Source of the DNA: Selaginella moellendorffii
Lineage: Eukaryota > Plantae > Lycopodiophyta
Length of the DNA: 64,000 bases
Assembly: GCF_000143415.4 (NCBI RefSeq)
Contig: NW_003314333.1
Location: 813,815-877,814, forward strand
Direction: 5' to 3'
The notes beneath the pieces were generated by a model, which did not search any database, was not told the DNA's origin, and worked only from the letters and a program-made list of their open reading frames with translations. A program made the translations under genes and the position numbers. Positions 48,181 through 63,367 of this stretch are shown here, one piece after another (within the stretch, counting starts at the first letter, position 1; each line of letters begins with the position of its first letter).

Positions 48181-50757
48181 AACAATAAATAGCCCGAGTT
48201 AATAAAATAACACGTAGCCAAAGGTATCCACTTGATGATAGAAATTATCGTAGGAAGAATGATTACAATGATAATCAAAGTGCCAAGTAAGTATTCATAA
48301 ATACCCACATAGTGAAAGGCAAAGTGACCATCGAGATTATCTGCCTAGGGGTAATTTTTGAGATTATCCACCTAGCCATGAGAAAAATAGGCCTAAAAAC
48401 TATAATTAGCCTAAAGAGTACGATCAGTTTAGAAGTTACAATAGACCTAGAGATTATGAAAGACCAAAAGAGTATAATCAAGCTAAGACTCTTACTCCCT
48501 ATCTTAAGCTATACAATCAAGCAAAATCATTAACACCACATAATTTAATAACTCAAGAGTGCAATCCTGACTTCCATATGTATTGATGTAGAGCACATCA
48601 ACCACCAAGACCAACACATCGCAATACTCGACTAGGAAAATTAGACCATGCACCAGGAACTCAATGATCTACATTGAAGTGTCGAGGTTATCACTATGAA
48701 GACCAAGCTCAACAATCTAGAGTAGGATTTGGAGAATTTGACTAGTTGAGGATAGGTACTAGGTTTGTTGTGGGGGAGTAATGAAGAAGTAAATGTTTTA
48801 CCTTATATATATTCTTAGGCAGAGCAAAAGAAGAAAACTTAGGTGAAATGGAATTATGCCTAAGCTTAGGCATCTAAAGAAGAAAGACTCGACTTATACA
48901 ATGCTCGTCATAAATAAGTGAAAAGAAGTTAAGAACAGTTATAAAATCATGTAGTATATAAGTAGCAATTAGACATGCTGGAAAACAACCCCTATTCACT
49001 ATTGTATACATTTGCATTGAATTAACCATTTTTTCTCCCGCTTATGATTATTTGTGCAAAGTAGAGTTGAAAGAGTGATATATACTTATCTTTACTCACG
49101 CTTTTAGGGTTCAAGGCTAAGTTCTTTTCTATTCTCTTCTCATTCTTCTCTTTTTCTTTTCTCTATGTTTTTGTATTTGTTTGTTTGTCATTATTTTGTA
49201 GGTAGGGGCAAGAATGCAAGTATAGGCAGAAAAAACCTTACTTAGGGCACATTCCTCCATACTTTTAAGATCTCTCCAGCATTAGTATCGTAACCACAAC
49301 TAAGATTTCTCAAGAATTTGCTCTAAAACCCAAAGAAGAAACCAAAAAACAAAGGGAGGATTGGCTAGAAATCAATCCTCCTCAGTGAAGTCACTAAATG
49401 TTGAGAGGGGAGCTTCTCAATATGGGGAGAACACTTTTTTATTTGAAATCAAGCTCAAAACATCCTTTTGTGTGAACTCCCTTGCCCTAGAAAATGGGGA
49501 AGAAGGGGAATATACCTTTGTGCCCTAGCATCTTCTTGCACTTCTGGAATATTTTAGTAGTGGAATATTCTAAGAAATCTCACTCAAAGCTTTAAGCTAT
49601 CTCCTAACAGTTTTGTCCACCACCGAGGTAGACAATGCAACCGACCATCCTAGTTCCCTTACAGCAATCATCATTTAGCTCCTCGGAAGTCATTTTAGGT
49701 GAGGAAGAGCAAGGTGAGTTGGCATCTCTCTTGGTGGATCTAATGGTGGGAAAACTAAAGAGCAAGTTTGATTCTTTCTTATAGTGACCACAAAGAGGAT
49801 AGAGTAGATCTTGTAAAGGCAAGAGGAGATGGAGGCAACTTTTAATGCAGCTCCTAGAAGGGCATCTCCCTCACACTCTTGAGCCAAGGAAGAGTGTTTT
49901 CCCTTCCAGCAATGGCAATTGTTCAAGTTTCAAGTTTCAACCTTTGAGAGAATGAGAAAGATGGAGGCTTTCACTTAATCCAACTTCTCCTTCCCTTTTT
50001 GGTATTTCAATTGACATATGCCTCCTCATCAAAGCCGTCAATTCTAGATATGTCAGTATTTCCATCACCACTAATTTTAGTACAAGGGCCTCTACAATGA
50101 GTTACCCAACCTCTGGGTTCTTCTTGTTCTCTTCATCAATCCGCAAGCTAGTGTTGGCATCATGAGGAATTCATGTGTTTGTAACTTCAAAAATACCACT
50201 GTGGCCTCTTCCATCACCATTATTGTCTCTGTCATAGACAATTACCTCATCCCAATGGACTACTCCACCAACCATCTTGGGAACATTTGTGACAACTTTG
50301 CTATAGTGGAGTGGGTTGTTCACACTAGCTTTATTTGGTCCTCAATGGTATTAATTTCAGCCCATAATGGTGTCTCCGTTAGTGCTTGGAAGTGCTAGCT
50401 CCACATTCCCCCAAGGTCATCACCCCTCAATGTTGAACCTTTGGTAGAAGAAAGATAATCTCAATGTTCTAGAATATGGAGGGGAGAATGATATTGTCAA
50501 GCTGCAAGATTAGCTATAGAGAATCAACCACTAGTTCAACTATAGAGTAGAGAAATATAAGGCTCCATTTGCTACTTTGCATCTCAAAGACTAGCTTCTA
50601 AATGGTTCTTTAGCTTGGATTGAGCAAACACTCTTCTAGACTAGGAAACATTCAAGGCTTGCATATTGGGTTAGGTGACCTTTTGAGAAGTCCAAACTTA
50701 AGAGCTTATAAAACCTTAATTCACTAGGAGTTCATCATTATTGTTGTGGGCAAATTA

Positions 50758-50990
50758 TCTTTTAACAAGCTTTACGACATACCAAAGCTTCAAACATTGC
50801 AAAAATTCAACAAACAATAGTTGCAAACTTGCCATATAGTCAACAACATTCCCAAAGAAGCACTCACATGTACCTAGCACCTTTTAACAAGCTTTAAGGC
50901 ATACCAAAGCTTCAAATATTGCGAGAATTCAAAAAACAATGGTTGCAAACTTGCTATATAGTCAACAACATTCCCAAGGAAGCACTCACA
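50758..50990. repeat. Two-copy direct repeat, unit about 122 bp
   Basis: ttttaacaagcttta...cataccaaagcttcaaa...gttgcaaacttgc...agcactcaca occurs twice. Confidence 0.8.
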
Positions 50991-52699
50991 CAAAGATACC
51001 TAGCTTCCCTCTTGACATCAATGGTAGCAGATATTGCTCAGTCCATTAAGCTATGTTGTATGCTTTACATGCAAACATGAAGTTGCGTGATTTGGAGGCT
51101 AGATTGACATCAAGGTCGAATTGGGCTAGACAGAATGGTGGAGACTCTCAATTCAAACTAACACCAGCAGTGGCTCCTCTAGCTTGTCTAATGATGCAAA
51201 CCAAGCAGTTGAAATTCATTCCTCAGAGTGATCAAGCCAAGAAACTAGAAGATTTATACATCAGAAAGTGTTTTGACCATAGTACAAAATGGAGTTAGGG
51301 CTATAAAGAGGTTTGCAAGGCCTGAAGGTCACTTACCAACTTGAACGTGGACCATACTTGAGTTCATAAGTTGAAGAGTTGAGCTCGTGAGTTAAGCTCA
51401 AGTTTCAATACAAACATTATAAACTTTAAAATATTAAGGTTATGGTGAATTTAATAATTTCATAACTCTCTACACATTATATAGATAAAAATGTTCTAAA
51501 GAGCACTTCTTGTTCTAATAATTTAAATATTTACTACATGTTAGAATAGGGATTGTTTGTCAAAATATAAAATAAGATGTTTGCAGAAAAAGTATTCTTG
51601 TCACTTCCTTAAATTTGTACTCTGTGCTTTTTGGCTAGTAAATGTCAGGTTTATCAGAATTAAAAAATTAATAAATTTGAGATAAGATTCTATGTAAAGC
51701 TATATAACTGTTTGAAAGGAAAAAAAAAACAACTATTAATATAAGCTTATTGTATATAAAAGAAAGACATAATTATTTTCTAGAATACATTCATGAGATG
51801 TTTGTTATAGCATATTGGCTAAAATTTATAAATCCTCACTCGCACTTTCATTTGAAGAAAGTGAAATACATACAAATGTTTATGGGTTCTAGTGCTGGTA
51901 ATTTTAACTCTTACAATCTTTTTTCCCAATGTTTGAAAGTTAGAAGATGCAATAACTATCCTATTGCACATCATAACCAAACCACACAAGAAAAAGAAAG
52001 AAAGGATAATGAAGATAGTGATCATGAGTTGAAGATAAATACAATGATAGAAAGTGTAACAAATTGAGTGAAAAAGAATACTCTCCTACTTGTTTTAGAA
52101 AAATGCAATTTTGTGACTTTCAAGAAATGCCTTATATGTTTTTTGATTTCCGGTGGAAATAATGGCAATGATCAATATGATGATATATATGCTCTTGTGA
52201 CACACTGCAACATCACACACCCAAAAGACTACCATATAATATTTTTTGAGATGGTAAAGACAAAAATGGAGACACATAAGTACTATGGCCAGTATTGCAA
52301 ACAGAACACTCGCAAGTATATGAAATAAAAAAATGTTTTTTATTAATTATATAAAGTATAATAAATTTATATTACTAATAGAGAATAAACATTGATAGTG
52401 TTAGAAAATCTAATTAGCTCCAAAAGTCTTTTGCAACTTAGCAATAGTAAGGCTTGCTTGGTATATATGAATATCCACTTTAGGATCCTGATTCAAAATG
52501 TTGATGAAAATGTAATATATATGCTTGCAAGGAGCATATACCTTTCTATGTTCTTCACGCTTCATAAAACCTAGACATATGCAAGAAGGAAAGTCTTGAA
52601 TAGCAATTGTGCACTTTCCATGTTCTGTTTTGACTGTCTCTTTTGCAAGTATAATGATGTACTTCGTGGAGAAAGAATCTCACACTCAAACATTTGAGA

Positions 52700-55500
52700 C
52701 AAACTTATTTTACTTTGCTTTTATTTAGAGACAGTACCAATAAATTTAACTACCTTACCATTTTTTGCTAGCCTCCTGTGCATTTTTGTAGGAGCAGTCA
52801 TGGTTTTGTCACTCATGTTTCCAATTCTCCTCTCAAAATTGAAACCAGATTTCTCAAAGTTTTCAATCTCATCCAAGGTGAGCATGGCCCCATTAGCAAC
52901 TGGCCATTCTTTAGGTATTGCATCAGGTTTAGTCACTATAGTGTCTTCAAGCCACTTTATATGTTTGGCATTAGTATTGCAACAATACAACCAACATCAT
53001 CTTAAAAATTCTGCATGCATTCGTTCCCCATAGAAATATAGGGCTGGAATAGAAACAAATTTGTCACCACAAATCCATGCCCAACACTTGCCCCTTGAAA
53101 GCATCTCCACACACTTTACATTAGATTTTGCTGGCATGTGGCAAATTATCCATTGCTTCAACTCCACACTATGGTAAGCTATTTCAACCTATTGTGATGC
53201 ACTCTCTTCATCAGCCACTTGAGGTGGCTCGGTTCGGGGGCAGTGTCTTGGAGTAGAATAGTACTTAACATTAGGTCTATGAGAAATTTTCACTCCAAGA
53301 TCTATGCCAACTTCTTCACTAGCATGACATTTTAAGCAGACAGTCTTCATATCACTAATAGAAGCCCAGGGAGTGTACTTCATAGATGTGTTATGGACCA
53401 CCACCTCAACCGGATTTGCCATTGTTCGGGTAGGTGGAGTTAATTTTTTCTTCATCCTATCATGTAACATTTCAACAGAAGGTCTTATTCTTATATATCT
53501 TCCTTCCTCAAATGCCAATACTTTTGAAGACTCCTCTATAACACGTATCAAATCTGATAGACAAACTTCATATAAACTCATCTTCCCTTTCCCTACCTCA
53601 AAGGAAGCTAACTTTAGTGCTTACTTTCGGAGAGATTCACAATTAGGGTGTATGTGAGGTTTTGAATGGTTGAATTTAATGGAAAAAACAATATTAAAAG
53701 GTAATAAAATGAGAAGAAAAAATAGAAACCAACTTGAAAAGAATGATGTCCCCATTGGAACATCCTAACTTCCCACCACCCTAACCATGACTTAAGTTGT
53801 GGCAGACAACTTATATTCATATGGCCATCTTCATACCACCACCTTCGAATCTTGTTTGCTTTTGCCTCATACTTTTTTTTAGAAGGTGCAACTTACTATT
53901 GTTTACATAACTCTTTAAACATTTATTGAAACTCTAGCTTATTAAGGTGGTAGTGTTGGTTTAGACTTTGAGCCTAATGGAACTCACAAGTCTTTTCACA
54001 ACCTTTTAATGGCTAACTATTCCCAAAAACTGCTCAGACACTTCTAATTTGCATTAGCCCCATCTGCCATGAAACCACAAAAGTTTACAGGTTTACCAGT
54101 CCGCTTTAGTACAATATCAAAGAGGGACTTCCAAAATATTTCTTGGGCTATCTGATCTTGTACTTCAATTATCAAGTTACAATATAGCCTATGAAAACAC
54201 AAATATTACAATAATTTCAATATAATGAGAATAAAAATTACCTTGGATCATACATATGAGCTCCCATGGTTGTCCAACCTAATACATGCTCTATATGGTT
54301 AAAATGTACCTATGCATTTACAAGGTCATTAGACCCAAATATGTCCATTTTAGAGACAAAATCTACACCAGAGGCAGGGCCCATTGTAGACATCTTGAAG
54401 ATGAAGGGGTGCTCCTACTCATTCACAACTTGGTCTGGAAACAAACTTTCATGGATGAACTCATATAGACAGGTTCATTTCAATTCAAAAATGGAGTTAA
54501 TTTTTTATTGCAACTTCCCCTCTCAAAATTCACATATCCAAGATTTTATCCTAAACAATATAATGTAGAAAAAAGATATTATTGTAATGTATGAAATATA
54601 ATAGATGTACCTCCTTAGGTTAGTAGTAGGTTGTACTCCTCATAATAAGTCCCGCAAGCTAATTTTATTTAGTTGAGTCTTTTGTCAATCCGAATTGAGT
54701 AAGGTGTTTGCGATAAAATCCTTGAGGATGGTCTTCTAAACATGCTTCAAAGTTGCAAATGAGTTTCTCATACTCTTTACCTACTGAAACGATTGAGAGA
54801 ACTCCTTTGTATCCCTTCTTGCATTGGATGTATATGTGTGCTAACACGCATTGTAGCTCTTCCAACCACTTCATCTGGTGGAAAAAAGTAGTACATTTTA
54901 GCCTTGCAGATAGCATGATATAGAGGAGTGTTTTTGCAGAATCAACACTTGAATCCAATAGCAATGGTGTCACAAACAAGAGGATTGATTGCAAACCCTT
55001 CAAAAAATATAAATTTTTTATAGCAATCTTGATTGCATGTTTCATCCATGCAATCTAAATGCCCACCACAATGAATTATAGACACTGTGCCTTCAAAATA
55101 TTGAAAGTGTGTAGTCTTGATCTTGCATCAATTGTGGACATTCTACTTGGTTTCCATCCCTTTCCATTTAAAACCTGTGCTACTAATAAGAGGTGGTAGC
55201 TTGAAGAAAATATCACTATTGTAGGAGGATGGAAGCTCATTCACGGGCCTATACAAAAATAAACATACATCAATTGAGAGGTGTGAAAATTGGAAAGTAT
55301 TGTTAACAATTTTGAATATTGATGAAGATGGAGCTAGTGAATTCAGTGCCGATACTAGCATGACTTCTCCATTTAAACTAAAAGAGGACAAAAGGATAAT
55401 GACTAACTCTTGCTTCACATTCACTTTGGCTGGAGTGCATTTTGGCACTTTGACTAGAGATCCAAAAACTCGAATCTCTTTCAACTTGAAATTTTATAAA
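52700..55500 (-). mobile_element. Degenerate DNA-transposon (Mutator-like?) coding remnant
   Basis: Broken minus-strand frames read FIFKMSTMGPASGVDFV, GWTTMGAHMYDP, NFCGFMADGANAN, resembling MULE-like transposase segments; many stops. Confidence 0.4.
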
Positions 55501-57679
55501 TTCTATTGTTGTCTACCTTTACCCACTTCGGAAAAAAAAAATTCCGAGCATACAACTATACTGGTGTCATTGTGAATCACAGCCATTAAAGAAATAGAGC
55601 CAAGATGAAGATCAAAATGCTGACATAAAAACTTTTGGAAATAATACTCTAAGAGAATGAAAGAGGTGGGTGATCTCGAAAATATAGAATAAACCTCTCC
55701 ATCCTTCTCAATAAATTTTGGAGTTCTCTTTCTCTTTATGCTGCTTGTAAAAATCCACAATGAAACATAAATTGAAATTTAAGGAGAGCAATAAAAAGAA
55801 TGTCAATAACATATAAAATGAATTTAAATTCTATAGCAAATTTAACATGTGCAAGTGTGACAGTATTAATATTACTGTCATCTATTATGATGTTTGGTGC
55901 ATGTATACATATAAATCCAAGGATTTTCAACACATGAAATTTAATAGTCAATAATGATATCAATAATGATATTTTGTTATAGCATATCAATTTGACTGTC
56001 AGCACATGTGATGTGTCAAGTTGTCAAATCGTAAGTGCTAGATGATGATAAATCTTGTCAAATCTTATTCTTCAATGATAGATTCGATTCTTAGTACAAC
56101 TCGAGTTTTATTTATAATTGTGAACACTTCTCAATGACATTTAAAACACATGCCTATTGTTTAGGATCTAATACAACACAAAATAAATTTCTTGATGAGG
56201 ATTCATCCATTCATAGATTAATATAGTATAACAAATTTTAACATGCTTTATTTATACTCTTTAAAGTTCTTGTAATGATTCCAAAATATGTATAAAATAT
56301 TGATGAGAATACATCCTTTCTAGAAAATTTGGAAAAAAATAATATCATAACAAATCAAAATTGAAAGATTCTTTTTTTTGAATTTAAGTTTTAAAAGTGT
56401 AAGCACATCTATGCAATTCATATAAATTAAATGAATATTTATTTATTTTAAATTTTATATATTATCTTTTTGAAATCTTTATNNNNNNNNNNNNNNNNNN
56501 NNNNNNNNNNNNNNNNNNNNNNNNNNNNNNNNNNNNNNNNNNNNNNNNNNNNNNNNNNNNNNNNNNNNNNNNNNNNNNNNNNAATTTAAATTTTTAGAAT
56601 CCATATTCATTACCAGTCTTCAAACTAAAAATGTTTTATGTTATTTCAAGAGTATATAGTTACTGTAATTTAATAAAAATAAAAATAGCATAGATTTAAG
56701 ATTTAATTGTTATATAAAACTTTTAAATTGTCAAAACAGTAATAAATAAAAAGTGTACATTAGTTACTTTTTTTACTTCAATTTAAACAATAGTAAATAT
56801 TAATTTTTAAAATATATTATATAAAATTATTTATAAAATATTTAATTTTATTTTCATCCACAAAATTACTGGATAATAATAACAGAATAATTTAAAAGTT
56901 TTATTATCTATTGTACCACTATAGATTTTTTTGGTTAGTTATAAATTCTTTATTTATTAGTAAAGTCTCAATTTTATTATAAGTTTTTTTTCATTCTCAA
57001 TCTTCATTACAATTAAATAATTCTTCATGAAATATTTTTTTAAATAAAAATATCTTTTATTAATGTTCTACAAAGAATCTCTTATCTCTAATAACATAAA
57101 CATTAATAGGTGCTAGTTATATCGTCATTAAAATATACAAAATAAACAACCATATTTCACATATAATAATAATGATAAAATCAGATTGAAGATATCATGA
57201 CAGTTGAGATTTAGGTTATTCGGAATGAACGGCCAGGATGAGAGATTACTTATGGTTAGGGCAGCTATCAGGATTAGGGTTAGGGTAGCCACCAAGATTA
57301 GGTTACTGTTTGCCCTATGACTAGAGCACACAAGAGATCAACAGATTTATCACAAGAGAGCGAGAGATTGAGTGTGAAGTGCATGAGTGTGAGAGATTGA
57401 GCACAGGAGAGTGCGGGAGATCAAACGCACGAGTGTGAACACGAATTAAGATTGAAAGTGAGAGAGTGACAAATCCAACATGCTCAAGAGATTAGGAAGC
57501 AACAATGCCACCAAGGGTGAGTTTCCATTTGATTGATTCCATGATTTTTCTTTTTGCTTTTGCCACCTTCTATCGCCGGNNNNNNNNNNNNNNNNNNNNN
57601 NNNNNNNNNNNNNNNNNNNNNNNNNNNNNNNNNNNNNNNNNNNNNNNNNNNNNNNNNNNNNNNNNNNNNNNNNNNNNNN

Positions 57680-57905
57680 AGCCCCCTGGGCAGCCAAAGT
57701 GCCAGAGGTGGCCAGCCCGAGGTCCACCTCGAGCACTTTGGGGGCTTAAGGGGGGCTAAGGTTAGTCAAATAACCTCGACCCCCGGGCGGCCAAAGTGCC
57801 AAAGGTGGCCAGCCTGAGCTCAACCTCGGGCACTTTGGGGGCTTGAGGGGGGCCAAGTTATTTAAATAACTTCGGCCCTCGGGCTGCCAAAGTGCCCAAG
57901 GTGGA
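57680..57905. repeat. GC-rich tandem repeat (about 100-bp unit, more than 2 copies), each unit internally palindromic
   Basis: ccaaagtgcc..aggtgg....cacctc.ggcactttgg followed by gggcttaagggggg; adjacent to an N gap. Confidence 0.75.
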
Positions 57906-58899
57906 GTTTGGGCCCACTTGATATTAACATGTGCACATTTTTTAAACTTGTTATTGGGCAATTGCTACAGTGCTCAAGAAAAGTTTGTAAACCCATAAAA
58001 CCATTTGTTTGTCCAAAAAAACGTAGTATATTAGACACCAAATGTAATAGTGTTTTATGCATTCAAGTAGTCCTACCACATTAGGAGCAAGATCTTGCAA
58101 AAACATATGGCATTGCTTTTGAAGCACTAGAGGCAATCTCTCTCTAGTAGCAAGATCTGGAATTTCATATATAAGGAGCTTTAGTTCAACTTCACTAGAG
58201 CCTTCAACAAAAAGAGGATTGTTATGTGGAGGTGAAGGTGGAACATTGGTAAATTTTGGGGATGGAGGTGGAGATTAATATAAAATACTAGGGGATCAAT
58301 TACAAGTAGTTACTTTTTTTCGAGCCATTTCAATACAAACTTCTAAGGAGCTCAAGGAGAACAAAAACACTGTGATGACTATAACTTTTTTAGACAATTT
58401 ATATATTAAGTTTTAATCTTAGGAATGAGGTTTATTTATTATGACATTGACAATACTCAGATTCTTGAAATGTCAATCTCAAAAATGGGGCTTCATAATC
58501 AAAGCTTGCTTGTAAATATAAGAACTTCTAGAATTTTAGATTATCGTGTATACACATGCTCTATCATTCTAATTAAATCTTACTTTGCTATGCATATAGT
58601 CTTTTTTACGCATGTTAAATTTCTAAGGAAATAGATTGCAGGGAAATATAGACCACATTATAGTGGCAGGGCACATTGGCACATTGTCGTTCTCTTGTGT
58701 GAGATTGCCTTTTAGTCTTGAAAATATAGATAAAGTTGATTCTTTGATGTAATATTACTTTTGAGTCTTTTGAAAGATTCAATTTCTTTTATTATTATTC
58801 ACAAACAACTCCAGAGTTGACTTGTGCTGAATTGAGCTCAACTGGTGAGGTCAACTCAGCTTTGGACCATCCCCCACCAACCCAAGGGCTAAGGTAATG

Positions 58900-61800
58900 G
58901 CAATTCAACTCCAAGTTAACAAATAAGATCTTTCTTCTTGTGAATTGGATGAGGTTGATGATGAGTGAGAGGTATTTATCATGAAGGTCCAACATGGAAA
59001 GAGTTCTTAAAGCCTCAATCAGAAATGGCAATCTCAACTTTATCTTGCCAATGTGACAATTTCCTTGCCGACCTCTATGGGAAAAGTAGGACCAGATTGT
59101 TTTTGAGTGTGGGCCAATAAGTGGCATTTGTAGTTATTGACTTTGGGGCCTCACATACTTTTATCAACCGAAAATCTCTAGGGAAATTGAAGTTTTCAGC
59201 CAAGAATATGGACCAGCCATTGGAAGTGGAAATTGCTAATGGGGGGATGATCAAGGCCATATAGAGAGCTCATTGCTTGTTCTTGTCTAGAGGATATACC
59301 ATCACCAGAATGTTTTGGGTGCTAGATATGAGAGCCATAGATATTATTCTGGGAGTAGAGACATTGGAGCAGTTAAGGAATATCTCTATTAACTTTGGGG
59401 AGCAACACCTCTCGTTTGACAAGAACAATTGAACATACAAATGGACAGGCACCCGAGTATGTTGTCCACTCTCATCTGCCACCATTGCTAAGTCACAAAG
59501 TATGACTACCAAGGGAGCCCTAACATGGTGTTATGATCAAGAAATAAGGTCTTTGTTCCCATAGTTGCCAAGGAATCTTGAAGGTGACGAAAAGAAGGTC
59601 ACCAACAAAGAAAGCAGCTCCTAAAAACATAAGGAGACTGAGTCTGCTGTTGGAGTGTCATCAGTGGAGGAGGTGGTCATTAGGAGAAAAGAAGTCTTGC
59701 ATGAAGAAAGCAGTGACTATGCCCCTCTAGGTGGGAGAAAAAAAGTTTCATCTGAAGAAAGTAGAACCATGACCTCTAAACTTGGGCAGGTAACAGAAGA
59801 CATTAATGAGGGAAAAGAAGCCTTGTTTGAAGAAACTAAAGACATTGTCTACTAACAAAATGAGGGAAAACAGGCCTAAAGAAATGATGGGTCGACTAGG
59901 GTGGTAAGTTTTTCAAGGGCTTTCCAGTGAGTGGGGGAATTTCTCTAGAGCCAATTGCTACTGTGTGGGGAAAAGGAAACAAGGGGGGATTCTATGCAAT
60001 TGAAGAGGCTTTAGATGATATCAACACTACAAATATCCTCAAGAAAGTTTGTCTCCTTTCCAAAAGGTTCTCAAAGTCTCAGAAAGCCAGCAAAAGAACA
60101 GGGGTTTAGCATTGAATCATCTTGCATGAGGGCTCTCGTCCAACATGCAGACCATTTGTGCATCTCAGTTGATCCAAAAGGGAGATGGTCAAAGAACTAA
60201 TGGCTGATGGGATGATTGAGATGTTGTACCAATTATCATGGTACTCACTCTTGAAGACTCTATATTAAACTCACCATAAATGAGAAGTTCCTAATTCTAT
60301 GGATTGAGGATCTCATTGATGAGCTGGGGGAAGCATGCTCACTTTGGTTACTACTAGATCCTCATGCCCTAGAGGATATGCCAAAAACTGCCTTTAGAAC
60401 TCATTAGGGACTATATCAATTTAGAATTTTACCATTTGCTATGACATTCCAAGAAATGATGAACAGAGTGTTCAAGGAGTTCCTCTACAAGTTCATGATC
60501 ATCTTCTTTGATGACATCTTGGTTCACAACAAGGACACCAAGGAACAATTATTACACCTAGAACAAGTCTTCAACCGCCTTAAGGAATTCTCACTAGTGG
60601 CCAAGCTATCAAAGTGGGTATTCATGCAAGCAGAGGTGGAGTATTTAGGTTTCCACATTTCAATGGGCCTCCTTCATCTTGATCCAGCAAAGCTAAGTGT
60701 GGTGGAGAATTGGCTTGCACTAACCTCCTTGAAGTAGCTACATGCATTCCTCGGCCTTTGCAACTACTTGCGAAAGTTTATTGAGCACTATGTTGCCATT
60801 GCTGTTCCATTAACTAATATCTTACACATGCCATCATTCATGTGGGAAGAGGTTATCAGCAAATGTTTTCCCTGCTAAACAAAATGATCCTAGTGGCTCC
60901 AATTCTTCAACTTTCAAACTTCTGGAAGACGTTGTTCATTGTTGAAACTAATGCTTCAGATGTTGGGACAGGGGTTGTACTCAAACAAGAGCAAAGAATC
61001 ATCACCTTCAAGAGCCATCATTTCAATCTCCATGAGGCAAGTCTCCTTGCTTACAAACAGAAAATGCTGGTGGTGATGCATGCTGTGGAGGTGGCATTAC
61101 TTGCTACCTTTGTGATTCATGCTCTAGAGAGATCACTATAGCATCAATTTCCTGATGGAGAAACCACAGCTGAATAAGAACCAGAGAGGGTGGATAGAGA
61201 AACTTCAAGTTCTTGACTTCACTATTGAATTCAAGCCGGGGAAGAAGAAGACCTTGCTAGATGCATTATCCAGGATGTTTGAGAAGCTGGCATCACAAGT
61301 CTCAATGGGAGTATCCAAACAGACACCAAACTTCCTAGCCAATGTGGCAAAGGGATACAGAAATGACATGGTGCTTGGGCCAATCTTCACTCAGCTCTCA
61401 TAGTCCATTGATCAGTCATATCCTGAATTTCTATTCAAGGATGGCCTTCTTTGGAGGAAAGGTAAACTAGTGATAAGCAGCAATGCAGATCTTAGGGAGG
61501 AGATCTTTGTAGAGTGTCACTCAGGTATGCTGGCGGGCCATCTAGGCATGGAGAACTTTGGCTGCCATCATGTCTTGCTTTTACTGGAAGGGAATGGAGT
61601 GGGAGGTCAAGTGCTGGGTGAGGGAGTGTTCGACATGCTAGCAAATCAAGACTAAGATGGTTCCTTCTTTGGGGTTGCTGAAGCCATTGTCAGTAGCTCA
61701 AGCACCTTTTGCATCAGTATCAATGGGATTGTCTCGGGCTTGCCTAAGGTGGCTGGTTTGGATGCTATCATGGTGGTAGTAGACCACTTGACAAAGATCA

Positions 61801-62712
61801 GCCACTTTATTCCTTTGGCAACCACAGCAGATGTAAAGACGGTGGTTGAGCTGTTCTATTTGGGAATTGTCTAGTACCATGGGATCATGAGTCATTTCTG
61901 GAGATCCTTGTTCTAGTCGCTAGGAACAAAACTTAGTTACACTACATATCATTCCCAAATAGATGGATAGATTGAAAGGACAAACTAGACAATGAAAACC
62001 TTCCTCAGGGGCTACACTCTAGACAAGCTGAGCAGCTGGGTGAAATAGAATTCACTTATAATTCTGCACAACACACATCCCTCTCTATTTCAAGCATTGG
62101 CAAGTTTCTCTACTAGGCATGGTAGTGGATGGCTCACTACCTTTGGATGTCGAGGAGCATTTGTGGGGAGTACAGGAAATTTGGCAACTAGCAAAACAAA
62201 GGCTGGAATCTACTCAGGCGTCTATGAAATTCTTCTATGATCAGCATCCCTCATCCAAACAATTCTCAATTGCGGATTATGTCTATGTCAAGTTCAAACC
62301 CAAGAGATATACATTGGGGAGGAGAGCCAAGGGCTGTTTGAAACTTCAGCCTCAATTCTTTGGTCCATTCCAAGTGGTTGAGGCAATCAATGAGCTGGCT
62401 TATTGTCTTGAGCTCCAACCAGGAACAAGGCTCCACAATGTTTTCCATGTGCCCGACCTCAAGTACCACCATGAGGAGCTGTCTTTAATCCAAATTTGGA
62501 ATCAGCTGGTGAGGACAGACAAGTTCTCTTGTGGCCAGAAAGGGTCATCAAAGTGCAGGAGTGGAGGCTATGTAACTGGACTCTTTGTTGTCACAAAATA
62601 TGCTGGGAAGGATTGGATGACAACAAGGATACCAAGTGATGGACAAAAAACTCCAAGACCTTGGTGGGTAAGCAGCAACTCTAAAGGACTAGAGTTTTCA
62701 AGCTGGTTATAA
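58900..62712 (+). mobile_element. Degenerate Ty3/gypsy LTR retrotransposon pol (PR-RT-RH-IN)
   Basis: Protease-like IDFGASHTFI, RT FFDDILV, RNase H VETNASDVGTG, integrase ECHSGMLAGHLG, GPY/F motif FFGPFQV and LHNVFHV; gypsy domain order; many stops and frameshifts. Confidence 0.9.
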
Positions 62713-63367
62713 ACAGGGATGATACAAGTTTAGGGCAGGTTGTTATTTTCTCTATACTCTTTCCTCCTTCTCTCTCCATCCCTCTTATTCCATTCCCTGC
62801 TTACTTGTTTAATTATTCCTTCTAATTCAAGGAGCTCTTCCTCCTTATTTGTCTTGTTTATTCATGATAGAGATAGAGATCCATGCTGATGTGGCCACTG
62901 AGATTAGCCTAATGTTAACATATACTACATATAGAGACCACATAAATGAAAGGTTATAAACAAATAATAAAAGGCCTAACATTTATATATCATATTTGGA
63001 TAAAAGACATATTGGACAAATCATAACAAACTATATATTATATAGTTAAGAAAACCAAGTATTGCTGCACAACAACACAGCACACAATAAAGTATTTTAA
63101 GCATGTCCTATTCTAAATTAAGCCTAAATATATAAGGATGATTTAAGAAACCATAAAAAGTTAAAAGCCTAGTGGAAAAAGAAAAAGTGTACAAAACAAA
63201 AAAAAACCTGAGTGTTGCTTGGAGTACTAGACATGTAAGATCAAATTTTTTATATTCTAAGAATTTTATTTTGAGGACAAGAAAAATACAATGATAAGGG
63301 AAAAGAAGTGGATTCTCAGGGATTGTGAGCAGGTCAATAAATGATAGTTAAGTGAAGGTGTTGCAAT

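Noticed and set aside
43500-57200. Many short AT-rich ORFs
   Set aside because: Low-complexity or transposon-derived frames with no supportable product beyond the remnants listed.
57255-57305. Telomere-like TTAGGG motifs
   Set aside because: Only a few degenerate units, not an array.
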